Shown: in pieces, positions 25,676-39,410 of the stretch | Layout of the letters: each line of letters starts with the position of its first letter | How positions within the stretch are numbered: position 1 is the stretch's first letter | From: Camelus dromedarius | Taxonomy: Eukaryota | Direction: 5' to 3' | DNA length: 64,000 bases | Assembly: GCF_036321535.1 (NCBI RefSeq) | Contig: NC_087438.1 | Location: forward strand, 4,404,001 to 4,468,000 | Made by a program: the position numbers and the translations under genes | The notes under the pieces: generated by a model | Databases searched by the model: none | Seen by the model: the letters and a program-made list of their open reading frames with translations, nothing else | Told to the model about the DNA's origin: nothing

Positions 25676-26519
25676 TCCACCAGACCCTCCACGAGAACAC
25701 AAGTTTCCCTGGTCTCTGGCCTTTGGACTTCACCTGTTTGGAGTTAAATTCTCCAGGCAAATGGTGCAGACACAGCCCTGAGCAGGAAGGAGCTGCTTCC
25801 CAGAGCAATGAGGTGGCCAAGGCACGGCACTGACGTTAGGTGGAGCATGAGACACTGTTGTGCTTGGCAGCAGCCCCTTGGCCGCCAGAACGCTACCTCC
25901 CCATGAGCCATGGCCCCTGAGCATCTCCGAGTCCAGGGGGTCAGAGTTAAAACAAGGTAATTAAACTAAGCTAAGTGCTCCAGCCGGTCTGTGATTTTAC
26001 GGCACTCAGTACGGCTCCTGCCTGGGATGCTCTTGTCTGGGGGCTGAGAAAGGTGCATCACCGCTCTGCTCCTGGATCGTGGGTGCCCTGGCCCCACCTT
26101 GGAGCAGGATCAGCTCCAGCAAAGGGAGACCTGCAGAGTGCAGGTCCCACCTGGCCAGCATCTCGAGGGGACAATGAGGCATGGACAGGAGCAGAGATAC
26201 CAGCAGTGCTCCATCCAGAAGGGCTGCAGGCTGGGGCTGGACCTGGGCTCACCAGAGAGCTCCCAGACAGCCGGAGCCAGCCAGCTCACCAGGTGTCCCA
26301 CCTTGTGTCACTGGGTGGCCACCCTCGAGGGCCTGATCCGCTATACCTGCGGGGGTCCCCAGAGGATGAACACGAACACACACCCATAGCACCCCCCCCA
26401 CACACACACACACAGGGGCCAGGCTCCTCCCCATCCTTGAGGCTCTGCGGGCTTCTTAGTAGAATTTAATGGCACTCCAACCCAAAAGCATCCCCAGGGC
26501 CCCTTTGGCATTAGGAGTC

Positions 26520-26930
26520 TAGCCTCGGACGCTGCTGGTGGGCAGGTGAGAGGATGGAGCCACTCGGGAAAACAGTCGGCGGTTCCTCAGAGAGTGAAGC
26601 ACAGTCACCACACAACCCCGCTATTCCGCTCCTGGGTGTAGACCCAGCAGACATGAAACCAGAGGTTCACACAGAAAGTTTTACAGCACCATTCTTAACA
26701 GCCAAAAGGCAGAAACAACCCAAACAACCACCAAATGATGAAGAAATTTAAAAAGCAGTACATCCATACAGTGGGCTATTATCCAGCAATAAAAAACACT
26801 GAAACACTGATGATTCTTTAACATACAGAGAACTTGAAAACATCATTCCAGCCACAAAAGACCATGTGTTGGATGAGTCCACTCGTAGGAAACATCCAGC
26901 AGAAGCAGATCCGTAGAGCCCGAACATCAG
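26520..26930 (+). mobile_element. Old L1 fragment (ORF2 end)
   Basis: Translation ...PHNPAIPLLGVDP..., AKRQKQPKQP resembles the L1 ORF2 C-terminus. Confidence 0.75.
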
Positions 26931-27064
26931 ATACCTTTGTGGCACCTGTAAAACACGGCGGATGCTTGGGGTGCCGGCACCCTTGCGTAATTTACAAACG
27001 TGTAAATTGGCTGCGGGTCCGGTGCAGTTTCTGACTTTCTCCTTCCTGTGTTGTTAAGCCCCGT

Positions 27065-27141
27065 CTCCGTGGAGCTACCGGGGCTGCACCCAAGCCTGGT
27101 GCTCGCTAAGCACACGCTCTACCGCTGAGCCGGCCCTCCTC
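27065..27141 (-). mobile_element. Diverged camelid-type tRNA-derived SINE
   Basis: Reverse complement gagggccggctcagcggtagagcgtgtgcttagcgagcaccaggcttgggtgcagccccggtagctcc aligns by eye with the copies at 42415 and 44809. Confidence 0.7.
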
Positions 27142-27329
27142 GCTCACTGATTGTTTTCTCCCCTCAGAAGTACCACATTGCTTTTATTACTACACCTTCA
27201 CAGACTCTCCTGATATCCAGTGTAGGACAACCTCCCTCTTTCTCCTCTTTGTCAAAGACTTCAGAGATTCCAAACAAATTTTAGAGTAAGTGTATCAAGT
27301 CCCCGCAAAAGCGTTCAACTGCAAATGTA

Positions 27330-27720
27330 ACTGGGCTTACATTAGGTGTAAGGCTTCGCTTGGGAGGAAACGTCCTCTTTGTAATGTTGTCATCCCCTCC
27401 CGGAGCGTGGATCGTCTCTGATTTATTCACATCAGCTTCTCGGTCCGTCACTAGAGTTGTAACCGTTCGCCACAGAAGCTTCATATAGTCTTAGATTTTT
27501 CCTATGCACTTTATAGTTTTTGTTATTATTTGTAATATCTCACTTTGTATATTTTTGTATTTCCATGTTGATTATTTCTGATGCAAAGAAACACTGTTGG
27601 TTTTTTAAATTTAACTAGGTATCCATCAACAGTGAGAAACATTCTTATTGTAACCGTTTGCCAATTCTCTTGGTTTTTCTTGTAAGGTGATCGTATAATT
27701 TGTAATTACTAATCTGTATC
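27330..27720 (-). mobile_element. Old L1 ORF2 fragments
   Basis: T-rich antisense L1-like sequence, e.g. aattctcttggtttttcttgtaaggtgatcgtataatttgtaatta. Confidence 0.5.
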
Positions 27721-30249
27721 TGTACTGTATCTGCACTAATACGTATCTGACTCCTTGGAGAAAACAGCATCCATGCCTGACCCACCTTTTCTCCCCCCGG
27801 CACCAGGCACAGGGCAAAGATGTTCGGCTAATATTTATTAAATGCATAAACGAGTGATAAGTCATCCAAAGCATAGGTTGAGGCCACTCAGAAGTGAAAG
27901 ATTCAGTCAAGCTGGGTTTTGAAATTGAGCTGAGTGAAAAACCGTCTCTGTCTAGTGCCTGATGGAATCTAATTCACGGCTCATGTCTCTGGGGACTTAA
28001 TATCGAAGAGAAACCACCATTGGATCAGCAGGTGTAAAGACAGAATGACAAGTGAATAAAGGACAAAAGGTGAATAAACAGGTAACACAACGTCATGAGT
28101 CAGCTCCACGCTGAACTTCCAGGTCCCCGCCAGGTGAGGCCAGCAGTGCCTGGTCCCTCCAGCTCCGCCTCCTGCCTCCCTTTCAAGGTCGTCCTGGTCG
28201 CCCTTGTGGGTTCCACCCCGTGCATCCCACCCTCACGCCAAAGCTCCGACCAGGCACGTCTGAGTCTCATGCTTCCGCTCACCCACCTGCTTGGCTTTGT
28301 CCCGCAGCTCTCCTCCCCAGCACACTGCCTGAGCTCCCACGCGGCCCAGCCCACCGCTGGTTCTGGGTGACCTGGGACACTTGGTCCCTTCGGGGCACTG
28401 CCTGCAGGTCTTTGTCAGGCAGGACTAGAGGGTCAAGACCGAGGCTGGAACAGGGAAGGCGAGCAGGGCTGCGCCCTTTGTCTTCTCCTGGGCCCCCCAG
28501 CAGAGAGCAGACAATTAGTCAGTTCCCCCTAGAGCTGCTCTTGGCTCTGACGATCAGGAGGAAACAGTTTCTCCCCTGAGAATCCAGAGCGGACTGGTCT
28601 GCCTCTGGGCAGGTGCCGGCTCTCAAGCCCTGGGAGCTGGAAGCCGGAGCTCCTCATCTTACTCCCCAGGGTCTCCGAACCCCGGGCTGCGGCCGGTGTC
28701 GCAGCCTCCGCGCAGCCTCCACAGAGACCTCTGCTGTCCGCTAATACCGGGCACCTGCTCGTTGCTCCGAGCTGTCGGCCCACGGGGTGGAAAGCTCCCC
28801 TGCAGGACCGAGCGCTGAAGTCAGCTACAGCAGGACCCACTGTCCTCACCCAGCCCCCAGTCACCCAGGGCCTCCGTGTCTCTGCTGTTCACACTGAGAT
28901 GCTCTAGGACCCCCCCGATGCGGGGTCTCCTTCTTCTCCGGGAGGCTTCCCGCTTGGAGATACTGCCCGGCAGTGGGTGGGCATTTGGGGAATATCTGGA
29001 GGCAAAGACCAGCCCAGTGCTCTTCCTCCTTCCGGAAGAGACACCAGGGCATGGCCGGCTCCACTCGGCCCTCTGTCCGATCCTCAGTCCTCAAGTTGTC
29101 CAGCACCTCTGGACTCAGTCCTTGAGAGCAAATGACAAATGGGCCCCGAGCCACAGCAGGGCCTCTGCCGGCATCCTGGGGGTGGGGGGCAAGGCACAGT
29201 TCTACAGCACGAGCACCCTGCTTTCTCTCATCGAGCCCCCCAAGAAGAACATGCGAGCCAGAGGCAGCACCCATGCCCAGTGCCCCAACCTTCTTATTTG
29301 GGACTGGCTTAATGAGGATGTACAATCAGTGGGGGCGCCAGAGTGCAATTTTTTGCCTCTGTTTTTTAATAGGAAAAAAAAAAAATGCCAGCGGGTCTAA
29401 CTTCGAGGTAGAGCAGAGTCTCGTTAGAAATGTGCAGATATGAGCTGCCCTCCCCCCCAGGTGCTGCGTGTCATGTATCTTCCTCTGGAAAGGAGTGCAC
29501 AGGTCTTTGTAGAACTTGGCTTACAAGCAACAGAAAATAGCCCCAAACTCTCCCTCCATGCAGAAAAGAAAACTGGGCTCCCCCCTCATCCCAGACGCCC
29601 CCAGCATCGCCCCCAGGAAGGAGCAGAGGCTGTGCTCAGCTTCAAGGTGTCCACTTAGCTTCTTCCCCGACCTTAAGCACTGCCTCTCACACCCTCTGAC
29701 ACCTGTGCGACAGATGTGTGGCTCCTTGGAGTTCCTGATGGATAGTTTGGGGTCAGCTTGACTTGGCCATGGGGTGTCCAGATTTTTGGTCAGGTTATTC
29801 TGTGTGGGTTACTAGTGTCTAACTTTGCATGTTCCACGGAGCCTCAGGCAGCCATCTGGGGCTCTTAGCAGCTATGTGGGCACTGGAGGACCGAGTCGTG
29901 CAGCTAACTTCCAGGCACTAAGGTTTGCCACAAAATGCAGGTGCAGAGCGGCTTCCCAGTGCCTGGCCCAAGGGGGTCCCTGAGCAACATCTGAATAGAT
30001 GGCAGCTTTGCTGAGAGGGTGAAGGTGAGATGTGCTTCTTAAGTGAGCCACCAGGAGGGCAGCCAGTCTCAGCCCGGCCCTTGCAGGCAGGCAAAGGGGC
30101 TGGCAGGCTCACCCCTGCCCCCGGGCGATTGCCCCATCTTCTTGTGTCCTGCATGGAGTCGATGGTGCCGGTGGTGTAGACAGAAACCCGAGGAATGTCA
30201 CTGAGCTGCAGAGGCTGCTCCGGCGCCCCAGACAGCTGTTGTTTTTGGT

Positions 30250-30720
30250 TTCCAACGTTTATTGAGACAGGATTCTCACTTCACACCGCCCACCCATTTG
30301 CAGTCTACAATTTGATGGGTTTTGATGCCTTCATGGTCATGAGCAACTACTGCTGCAGTCAATTCTGAAAAATTCTCATCATCTAGAAAGGAAACCCCGT
30401 TCTCTTTGCTCCCCACCCCTCACACCCCTACCCAGCGCCAAGCTCCTCTCCACCTCCATGGACTTCCCTGCTCTGGATGTTGCACGTAGAAGGAATCATT
30501 CCATATGTGACCTTTTGTGTCTGGCTGCCTTCGCTGAGCACGTTTCAAGGTCCGTCCCCGTTCTGTCAGGATCCCTGCCCTTCATATAGCCGGGTCATAC
30601 TCTGTCGTGGGGATGGGCCGCATTTTACTTCTCCATTTGTCGCTCAATGGCCAGTGGACACTGGGGTCGCTCCCACCTTTGGGTTGTTACCACCAGTGGT
30701 GCTGTAAGCCATGTGCTGCG
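30250..30720 (-). mobile_element. Old L1 3'UTR (L1MB/MC-like)
   Basis: tttattgagac...cacccatttgcagtctacaatttgatgggtttt...ggaatcattccatatgtgaccttttgtgtctggctgccttc. Confidence 0.8.
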
Positions 30721-31414
30721 CTGTTTGCTTTGGCTTGTTGCTTTCTAGAGGAACGTGAAATATAGAAGTCCTTCCCAGTGCTCCCCACACCGCCCCCCAG
30801 GCCGGGGGTGGATTCAGGGCACCACGAAGGCCCCCACACTGGGGGAAGGGGCGTATTTAAGGACGACGTCCTGTAGGGGGCAGTGTGGTCTGTCTTCCTT
30901 GTTCCCAGGATCCACCCCCAGCCCCCACTGGGGATCAGAAGAGGGGCCGGGCCCTCCCCAGGTGTCTTGGGGTTAGCCAGTTGAGGACCCCCGGCCTGGC
31001 CCTGGAAGAGAGGTCCAGGATTCTGACAGGAAAAGCACGTCGTACCTTTCGGGCATCTGTAAGAGAATCAGCACTCCTGGGCCCCCACGGTTTGAGCAGA
31101 GGCGCTGCCCCCTCCTGGGAAGGCTATCTGGCTGGAAAGCCTCTGATCCGTTCACAGCCCTGAGCTCCCAAAGTCGGGGCAGGAGGCCTGGGGCCTGGGG
31201 GAGGGCAGATGGCTGGGTCCTGCTGGGAGGCCAGAGCCGCTGCAGATCTTTCTGCAGATCCATCGCGAGCCCCTCTCCACTCTTCTGTGGAAATGCACCT
31301 CCTCCCTTCAGCCTTGAAGAGGGCTGCTGCTCAGAGTGAGACCGGCCCCCTGACGCTCCTGCTGTTTGAAGGCTCGGCTGTCCCCACGGTGACCCTGCCT
31401 GGCCCACTCAAGTT

Positions 31415-31517
31415 ACCCTCCCTCCCTCCTCTCTCTCCTCCCTCCCACCCACCTTCCTCCCTCCCTCCTTCTTTCCCTCCTTCCTTCTCTCCCTCCCTCC
31501 CTCCCAACATCCTTCCT
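31415..31517. repeat. Polypyrimidine (CCT/CCTC-rich) low-complexity tract
   Basis: About 100 nt of almost only C and T. Confidence 0.9.
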
Positions 31518-34286
31518 GAAAGATGAGAGTCACTCAGCTGAGGAACTGGACAGTTTGGGTCTCAGGAAGATAAATGCCCCTCTCCCTGCAGACTTTTGGT
31601 AGCTCCTCTGGAATAACTCTTCTTTCTACTAAAACGTCGGCAGGAGAGGAGCAGAGCTGCTCTGGTGCCCAGGCTGCTGGCAGAGTGGGTGCCGGGGCAC
31701 GCCCAGGGCCGGCCCTGTGGCTCTGTGGGATTGCCTACTTTCTGGCAGGGACATGTTTCCTCGGGAGGTGGTGACAGGGCTCAGGGCTGCGGAGGGGATG
31801 GGCCAACCCCCTGGTGGCCCAGCTCTGGCTGCCACCTCCACCCTCACCTTCCCACCTCTGGTCCAGCACAGGGCTCTGCGCATAAGAGACAGCTGATAAA
31901 TATTTGTTAAATAAGCGAGTTTATTGATGCTTCTCCTTTGCCAAACAAGATGGGCTATTTGGGGAACCCGTTTATTTTGCCAGATGGAAAATTTAGAACA
32001 GTGTCTCAGTGGGGCCTCAGAGGGGCCCTGCAGCTCATCCAGCCCGTGTTCTTGACCCTAGCTGCACAAGGGAGCCTTTGAAATGCCGGTGCCCAGGCCT
32101 TTCCCAGGCCCTTCCCAGGCCCATGGAGGAAGGCCCTCCGGGTGGGCTATGTTTTCCCAGGCTCCCAGGTGACTCTAACGAGTGGTGCGAACACCAGCCA
32201 TAGCACAGGTGGAGACAGCGAGGCTCAGGCAGGGCAAGCACGTGCGGCTGGGCGGCTGGGACTGGCTCTTTGAGATGGACTCCTGGTCCAGTGCTCCTCC
32301 TGGCACAGTCTGCACACCCTGCCCTTGCAGGGACAAAGGGACTTTATCAATGCCACCCCCCAGGGCAGTGGCCATGACCTGCATTCCCAGTCAGCCCCCA
32401 CGGCCTCTGCTCTCAGGAGGTGCCTGTGCCGGGGAGGCGAGCCCCAGTGCGGTGAAACCTTAGTGCCCAAAGCCATGCGGTCTCTGCAAAGAGCCACCAC
32501 GCACAGTGGGGCCACCAACAATCTGAAACCCCGTGGACCTCAGCAGCACAGAGCGTCAGGTGGACACAGCCCACAGCAGCTCTGGATGCAACAGGTAGGG
32601 CATTTCTAGAAGCTGCTTCTCTCATGTCTTACCTGCCACCCAGGGACAGGGAACCGGTGGGTTCAGGAGCACTGCTCTCCCAGAACAGCAAGGCAAGACT
32701 GTCAGAAAAAAGAGGTGTCTGCCAGCCTCAGCTTCCCTCTAACCCACCTGCAGAATGTCTGCTTCTAACCAACAATGAAAGGAGACTCACCCCCACCCAC
32801 CCAGGAACCTCCCCAGAGCCCCAGACTCCAGGCTGATGGCTCATCGAACCAAGGGGCAGGCACCCCTTTTGGTTCACTGTGAGACCAGCATCCTCCACAT
32901 TGTGCCCCGCCCCCCAAATTCCTACACTGAAGCCCTAGCCTCCAATGTGATTGTATTTGGGACACTGTGGGAGACCTCAGGAATGGGTTGACCCCGGAGT
33001 GGGGGATGGTTCTTTTGGGCAAAGCCTGTCCCCCGACTTCCCTGCAGGCCAAAGTGAAGCTGCCTCCCCATGGGGCCTCCTGAGAGGGAGGAGGCCCGCC
33101 CCTGTAGAGGTCACAGAGCGACCTCAGCTGAGTGCGGCATGGGGCAGCCCGGGGGTCTCGGGAGTGGGCAGAGTCCCGGCCCCCAGGACCCACCCCTCCC
33201 TTCTCTACTAAGTCTCCCAATGATGCAGAATGACCGTTTCCCCCCTGTGCCCCTTCCTTGGGGAGCCAGCCTCTGGGCCCTGGGGGCTCCTGGAAATGCC
33301 AGCTCTGGCCAAACCCAAAATGAGCCTCAGAGTCCAGAAGCTTCCTGTTCACATCGGGAGTCTGACCTCTCCCCAGTCTGAGCTAGTGTCCAGCGGAGGT
33401 GGATGGAGGGCACCCACGCCCTGGGAGAGGAAGCACCCACCGGGACGGAGGGTTTGGGGTGAGTCAGCACCGAGGGCAGCTCTGCTCTGTGATCTCAGCC
33501 TGTCTGCCACCTCCTTCCTTCTCTTTGAAGCAGGCCCTGGGTCTTGGCAAGCAGGCTGTCTAGACACCAGGGCTCTGGCCAAGATGAATTATTTTTCTAA
33601 CAGAGCTTGTGGCATTCTTGGCAGAGAGGAAAGAGAAAGGCCTTCCTGCAGCCCCGCCAGGCCAGGGAACTCTCTGAAGAGCTACTGACACTAAAACTCA
33701 CTTGCAAGGATTTCCCTCCAGCAAAGCCCCGTCTCCCTGGGAACCAGACCTGGGCTCCCAGTCTGATGGCAACAACATGAAGAGGTGACACCCAACCAGT
33801 CACCAACCTGCCTCAGGGGCCCGGCTGCCCTCCCTCTGCGACTGGTACCGTGAGGGATGGACGGGGATGTTGGCAGAGGAGCCCCTGGGTGGAAGCCCCT
33901 GCCAGGTGAGACCTCAGGCCCGGGCGTCCGGTGGCACTTGGTGGAGGAACCCAGGGAGCCTCGCTGCTTCCCTCCCACCTTAGCTGAAAGGAACACCAGA
34001 AACACGGATTCTTTTCGATGGAGGTAGTTTTGCCTCAGATGAATTGGGTTTCCACTGGTCAGGAAGGCAAAAGCGAGCACGGGACGAACAAACAGCAGCT
34101 CTGCCCCAAACACGGGAAGGCCCTTCAGAGGGAAATGGGCGCCCAGCGCCCTCGCTGCAGCGGAGGGGCTGCAGGAGAGGCTGTCAGGTTGCAGACAGAG
34201 ACCAGGAGAGAAACAGCAGTAGGTAGCTAGAGGCCAGGGAAGCCGTTTGCCTTCTCAGGACAGTGGGAGTGAGGCGTCCTGCTCCG

Positions 34287-34442
34287 CTGGGGGAGGGAGC
34301 TGGGGGAGGGAGCTGGGGGAGCTTGTCGGGTGGGGGTGGGAGGTAAGGAGCCAATGACTAACACCCCAAGGACGGGGTTGAGGGGGGCTGTGGAGGGCAG
34401 GGGGAGGGGGCTGTGGAGGGTAGGAGGTGGGGGCTGAGGGGG
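34287..34442 (+). repeat. G-rich low-complexity tract
   Basis: Many G3-G6 runs, with repeated gggggaggg(g)agct and gggggctgtggaggg units. Confidence 0.85.
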
Positions 34443-35579
34443 AGCGGTGCCAGGAGGAGATGCCACCCACAGGGAGGGCCTGGGTCTTGCCTACCCGCTG
34501 CCACTTCCTGCCCGCAGCCAGCCCAGATCCAGGGCCCCCTCCCTCTCCACCCTCTACAACCCTATTTTGTGGGCCTTGTTCTGGTCTCCAAAGGGTCAGC
34601 TTCAGGCCAGAATTCTACGTGTGATCCCTCAGGCCAGACCCCAGATGTGTGGGCCTCACAGGGGGGCAGGGTGCCAGCCCCCCCGACCAGGCTCCCTGCA
34701 CCGAGGACATACTGTGATTTTTGGGAGAGAACTGCCGTCAAAGATGGAAGCTCCCCAAGCCAGACTTGCTCCTGCATAAGTGTGAATTCCCTGCCTAGGC
34801 ACCAACGCAGAGCCCTCTTATCCCCTCAGGCATTTTCCACCCCTGGCCCTGCCACCTCTCCCTCCCAGTCCCCTAAGTCCATACAGAGGCAAGAACCCTG
34901 GGTCTGGGGCTCTGGGGCAGTGGGACGATGTTCCCAGGCTGCGCTGATCCACCGGCCCCAGCCTGGCGCATCTGTCCGGGGAGCCAGCGCCTCCCTGCAT
35001 CTCACTGCTTCACAGGTCCATACTGAGGCTCCTTAATGCAGCCAGCCACCTGGGCACCTGATTGCTCACCTGGGTTCCAATTTCAATCTGGGGGCTCCCG
35101 CCTTCTAACATGGACTGAAGATGCCAGAAACTAACTGGGGAGGAGCCAGCCTCAGAAGGGAGCACTGGGGCCTCCGCTGACTGCACTCAGGCTGATCCCC
35201 AGTCAAGGTCAAGTCTCCCAGGATCCTCCCTCCCCGTGAAAGGCTGGCCCCCTGCCGCCCGCTCAGGAGGCACCACGGGCTTCACTGCTGCGCTCTTCTC
35301 CCTGCAAGGATGCGGGGAACTGGACGCCAGTCCTCTCAGACACTAGCCGCTGGGGACCACCAGGGCCTGGTGGACACATTTGCCTAATACTGACGGAGGG
35401 AGGGAGAGAGTAATGAATGCGTGGAGCCCTTGACTCTGGGAAGAGATCAAGGCAGACCCATTTGCTGCGTTGCCCCTGCCCCCCCTCCTCAAGCCCCAGG
35501 CCAACATTCAGGTCACTCAGCTGACAGAGCCGGGTTCCCCTTTCACCGCAGACTCGGGAGCCCTCGGGCATCTCGGCCC

Positions 35580-35997
35580 CAGGCGCAGTGCCTCCTTTGA
35601 GATGGCATCCATTCTCTGTGCCTCTGAGTTCACATCCTGTCGATGGAGCTAGTGTGACCCTAGTGCCAGTTTCCAAGCCCAGGCCTTCAGGAGGAAGCTT
35701 CTGCATTCTGTATCTTGAGGGCGCTGGGTTCTCCCAGCCGTCACACTGGGAGGAAGCCCAGACCACACGGAGAGGCCACAAGGACGCATTCTGGCCAACA
35801 GCCTGCAATGCCCACCTGCCGTGAGGGAGGGTGGCTGCCCGGTCACCCGCTAAGTGCCTTCAAGTGAAAGAACAGTCAGCTCCTTAGAGGAGGGGCAGGA
35901 GAGGCAGTAACATGGATAAAAAAGTATAAAATTATTGCGTTTGCTTTAAGCCATTACGTTTCAGGCTGATTGGAGGCCCAGCAATAAACACTGAAGG
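35580..35997 (+). mobile_element. Old MaLR LTR (MLT1H/J-like)
   Basis: gccagtttccaagcccaggcctt...tttgctttaagccattacgtttcaggctg...cagcaataaacactgaa. Confidence 0.55.
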
Positions 35998-37199
35998 GAA
36001 TGGGCAGCTAATAAGGGTTGCTGAAACCAGAACAATAGCTTCTCCCCTGCCCTAATTACAAGCGGCCTCTGAGCCGCTTACTTCAACACGAGGCAGTGGC
36101 AGCTCTTCTCGGCCAAGCCACGGCACTCTTTGTTCTTCACTTGGAATCTCTTTTGAGAGACACCAGTAGGCATCACCTGCATTGGCCTGAGCAGAGAGAA
36201 GCGAGATCATTTAAGGGTCCTTAAATTTTAAAATGTCTATTTGCAACATATGCCCTAAAGGCGACTCCTAATAAAAGCCTCAGAGAGGCAACTCTGTTCA
36301 TTTATGTGCTATTTTCTGCCAGCCTCTTTCTTTGAGTGACTTAAACTGTTTGCTCAAGGACTCACTATCTGAGCCTGAACTGGTTGCTTTAATAATTGAT
36401 AATCAGACAACTTCAATATAGACCATAAGTTAGATGGAAACACAAGGTAAACGCAGGAACAGAAATGAGCAGGGTTGTTAGCTAGCGTCACTGCGGGAAA
36501 GGCCCGGCGGGTCAGCGTTCGCGTGACACGAACACTCCGTCACCACAAACCCCTTAAAGAGGGTCAGCATGTGTAGGCCAAGGGCAGAGGACAGGCAGGG
36601 GCACTGTCACACCTGGGAAGGAGGTGCTTTGCATGTCAGCAGGGACTGCTTCAGACAGTGCGTGTTTACTGAGCACAGGCTGTGGCCTCACCTGCAAGAA
36701 ACCCGGGGAGCGCAGCGCTGCTTCTGGTGGCCAGATGAAACCAAAACAGTTTGAAAGAAGTTGTTGAAACTGCGTGCGCCCCGTGCAGACTCTCCACCTG
36801 GGCTCTGGAGTCATGCAGAACAGAAGATGCATTTGCTTGGGGTGGGGACAATCAGGACCGTCCGAAAGACTTTTACGGCCTTATATTTCAACGCCTTTCA
36901 ATCTTACATCTCTTAATGGAGAGTGTCTGACAATCTTGGAAGATGGATTTGGAAATTGAGGCCAATCCACAAGATGTATAATTTGTCCATTTGTCCCTGA
37001 GCTTCTGGACATGTAGCAGCTCAACCATCACAGGGCAAGTTTCTTTTCTCTTTTTTTTCTTTCTTCTTTCTTTCTTTTCTTTCTTTCTTTTTAAATCAGA
37101 CCTCAGATGCAGAGAATTGGGCTCTGGGCACAATCCTAGATTCAGTTTACAATGTCATCACTGGTCCATGTATGGCCATCTTTCTGTCTGTCTGTCCGT

Positions 37200-39410
37200 C
37201 TTACATGATGTACACCCTGAACGCCCCGCCAGCCCGACAACCAGTACCTCCATATGTGCACTTCCCCTCTGATCACTCGGCCTCTCTCCTCAGAGGCAAC
37301 TACTGCCTTAAATTTGGTATTTTGCTCTTTAAAAATAACTCTTATGACATTCACACATAGGCCTGAATAATTTGTTCAGCTGGGCATTTTTAAAACTATG
37401 TAAAAAGGCTCTCATGCTACACGAAGTCTTTTGGAACTTGCTTTCTCATGCAACATCATGAGATGCCTACAAGTCATCCTATTTTTAAGGCAGCAGCATT
37501 CCTTTTCACCCTTGTGTGGTAGTCTGAGTGTGAATGGGCTCCGATCGACAGAGGCAGTTGGGATGTTTCCAATGTTTTGCTGTTGGAAACAGCGCTGCTC
37601 TGCTCATTCTGGGTCCGTGACTTGTCCCGTGCGTTCGCGAGCCTCTCTCTGCGCGGGTTCCCAGAGAGAGTTGGAATCGCGAGACTGTAGGGTGTGCTAA
37701 TGCTCAGATTTACAAAATTGATTTCAACAGTGGTTGTAACAATTTCCACCCTCACCAGCAACGTGTAAAGCATACTATTGCTTCACTTCCTCTTCAATAC
37801 TTGGCACTATCAGACTTCATAATCTTGCTAGGCAGACGTGGGTGTACATGGGTATTTCACTGTGTCCAGCTTCCAGTGGGCTTTGTCATCTCCTTTTAGT
37901 TTATTAGCCCCTGTGTTTCCTCTTCTCTAAAAGGCCTGTCCATGTCTTTTACCGAATTTTTAAAACTCAGTTGTCTTTTTCTTAATATTTTCTACAAGTT
38001 TGTTTTATACCAGTTACATGTGCTGTTAATACCATCTTTTTTCTAGCTTGCCAAATGCATCCGTGTTTTATAGTGTAGGGTTTTTGGTGTATTGTTTAAG
38101 AAAGCTTTTTCCTACCCCAAGATCAGAAAAATAATCACCTGTATTTTCTCCTAAAACTTTTAAAGTTTTGTTACGACATTTCTATTTTCTGTCAAAGTAG
38201 AGTTGACTTTTGTGTATGGTGTGAGGTAGGGGGTCTTGTTCTACTTCCCATAATGACAAAGGAAAAACAGCTTTTTCAGCTCCGTTTACTGAACAGTCTC
38301 CCCTTCAACCAGTGATGTCCCATCCCACCTCTGTCCTCTGTCCTGTGTCGTGTGTTCTGTTTCTGGGTTCTCCATCCTGCTCCACTGGCTGTTTGTTATC
38401 CTCAGCCCAACACCACACCATCTGACTTGCTAGAGCTTCATGATAATGCTTGATATCTGCTGGACGAATCCGCCCTCCCACGTTATTCTTCTTTAGAATA
38501 TTCATGGCTATTCTCAGTCCTTCAATCTTCACCATACACATTAGAATTCAAGTGTCAAGTTGCAATTCTGATTGGAGCTGCCTTAAATCTAGAGATCCAT
38601 TCAGAGAGAATTTGCATGTTCATGCTATTATGATTTTCTACTCATAAACACAGGATATCCACCCACGTATTTGCTCTAGATTTTCTGTGTATGGGTTTCA
38701 AACACAATTTCTTAGATTTGTTCTAAAGTAACTTACAGTTTTTTTTCTAATACAAATTTTGTTTTGCTGTTCAGTTTTGTAAATCAATGTTATGCCCAGC
38801 CAACTTGCTAAATATCTATTAATAATAATTTATAGACATTAGTGTTATTTCAATAGACTATAATATCTACAAACAATATGATGTGTAGACACAAATATTT
38901 GCATATCTGCAAATAATGACAAATTTCCCTTTTTCTGTTCTATGTGATTCCTTTTTCTATACAATGTGAAAAAGAAGCATAGAAATATGGGGCATTCTTG
39001 TCTTATTGCTGATTTTAAAGTGGATATTTCCATGTTTCATCACTAGAATGATTCATTATGTATATTTTAAGGTACCCTTTATCAGGTGAAGAACATTTAC
39101 TCTTACTCCTAGTTTAATAAGAAAGTTTTTATTTTTCATCATGGTTAATTTTATAAGATGCTTTCTTGACTTCTACTGAGATGATTCTCCTCTCAAAACA
39201 ATGACATTTTCAGATTTTCAAACATTAAATTTTCCTTGTATTGGTAGATAACTCCTAGGTATTGGTTATCTTCATTTTTGTACGCTCTGCGATTCAGCTT
39301 GCTAATGTTTTGTCAGCAGTCCAGCTTCATAAGTGAGATGGGCCAGCAGTTTGGTTTTCTTGTCTTTGTCCCTAGTTTCAAGGTCATACCTAGCTTATAC
39401 AATGAGCAAA
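37200..39410 (-). mobile_element. Old, degraded L1 (3'UTR and ORF2)
   Basis: - strand translation LRIAMNILKKNNVGGRIRPADIKHYHEALASQMVWCW resembles L1 ORF2 RIAKxILKKKNKxGG..PDFKxYY..VWYW. Further antisense RT-region motifs continue to ~39407. Confidence 0.8.

Noticed and set aside
20247..35808. Several 150-216 aa ORFs (e.g. 20247-20897, 21038-21634, 32765-33352, 34413-35036, 35263-35808)
   Set aside because: Pro/Gly/Arg/Ser-rich, overlapping on both strands, many with non-ATG starts and no recognisable family; expected by chance at this GC content.
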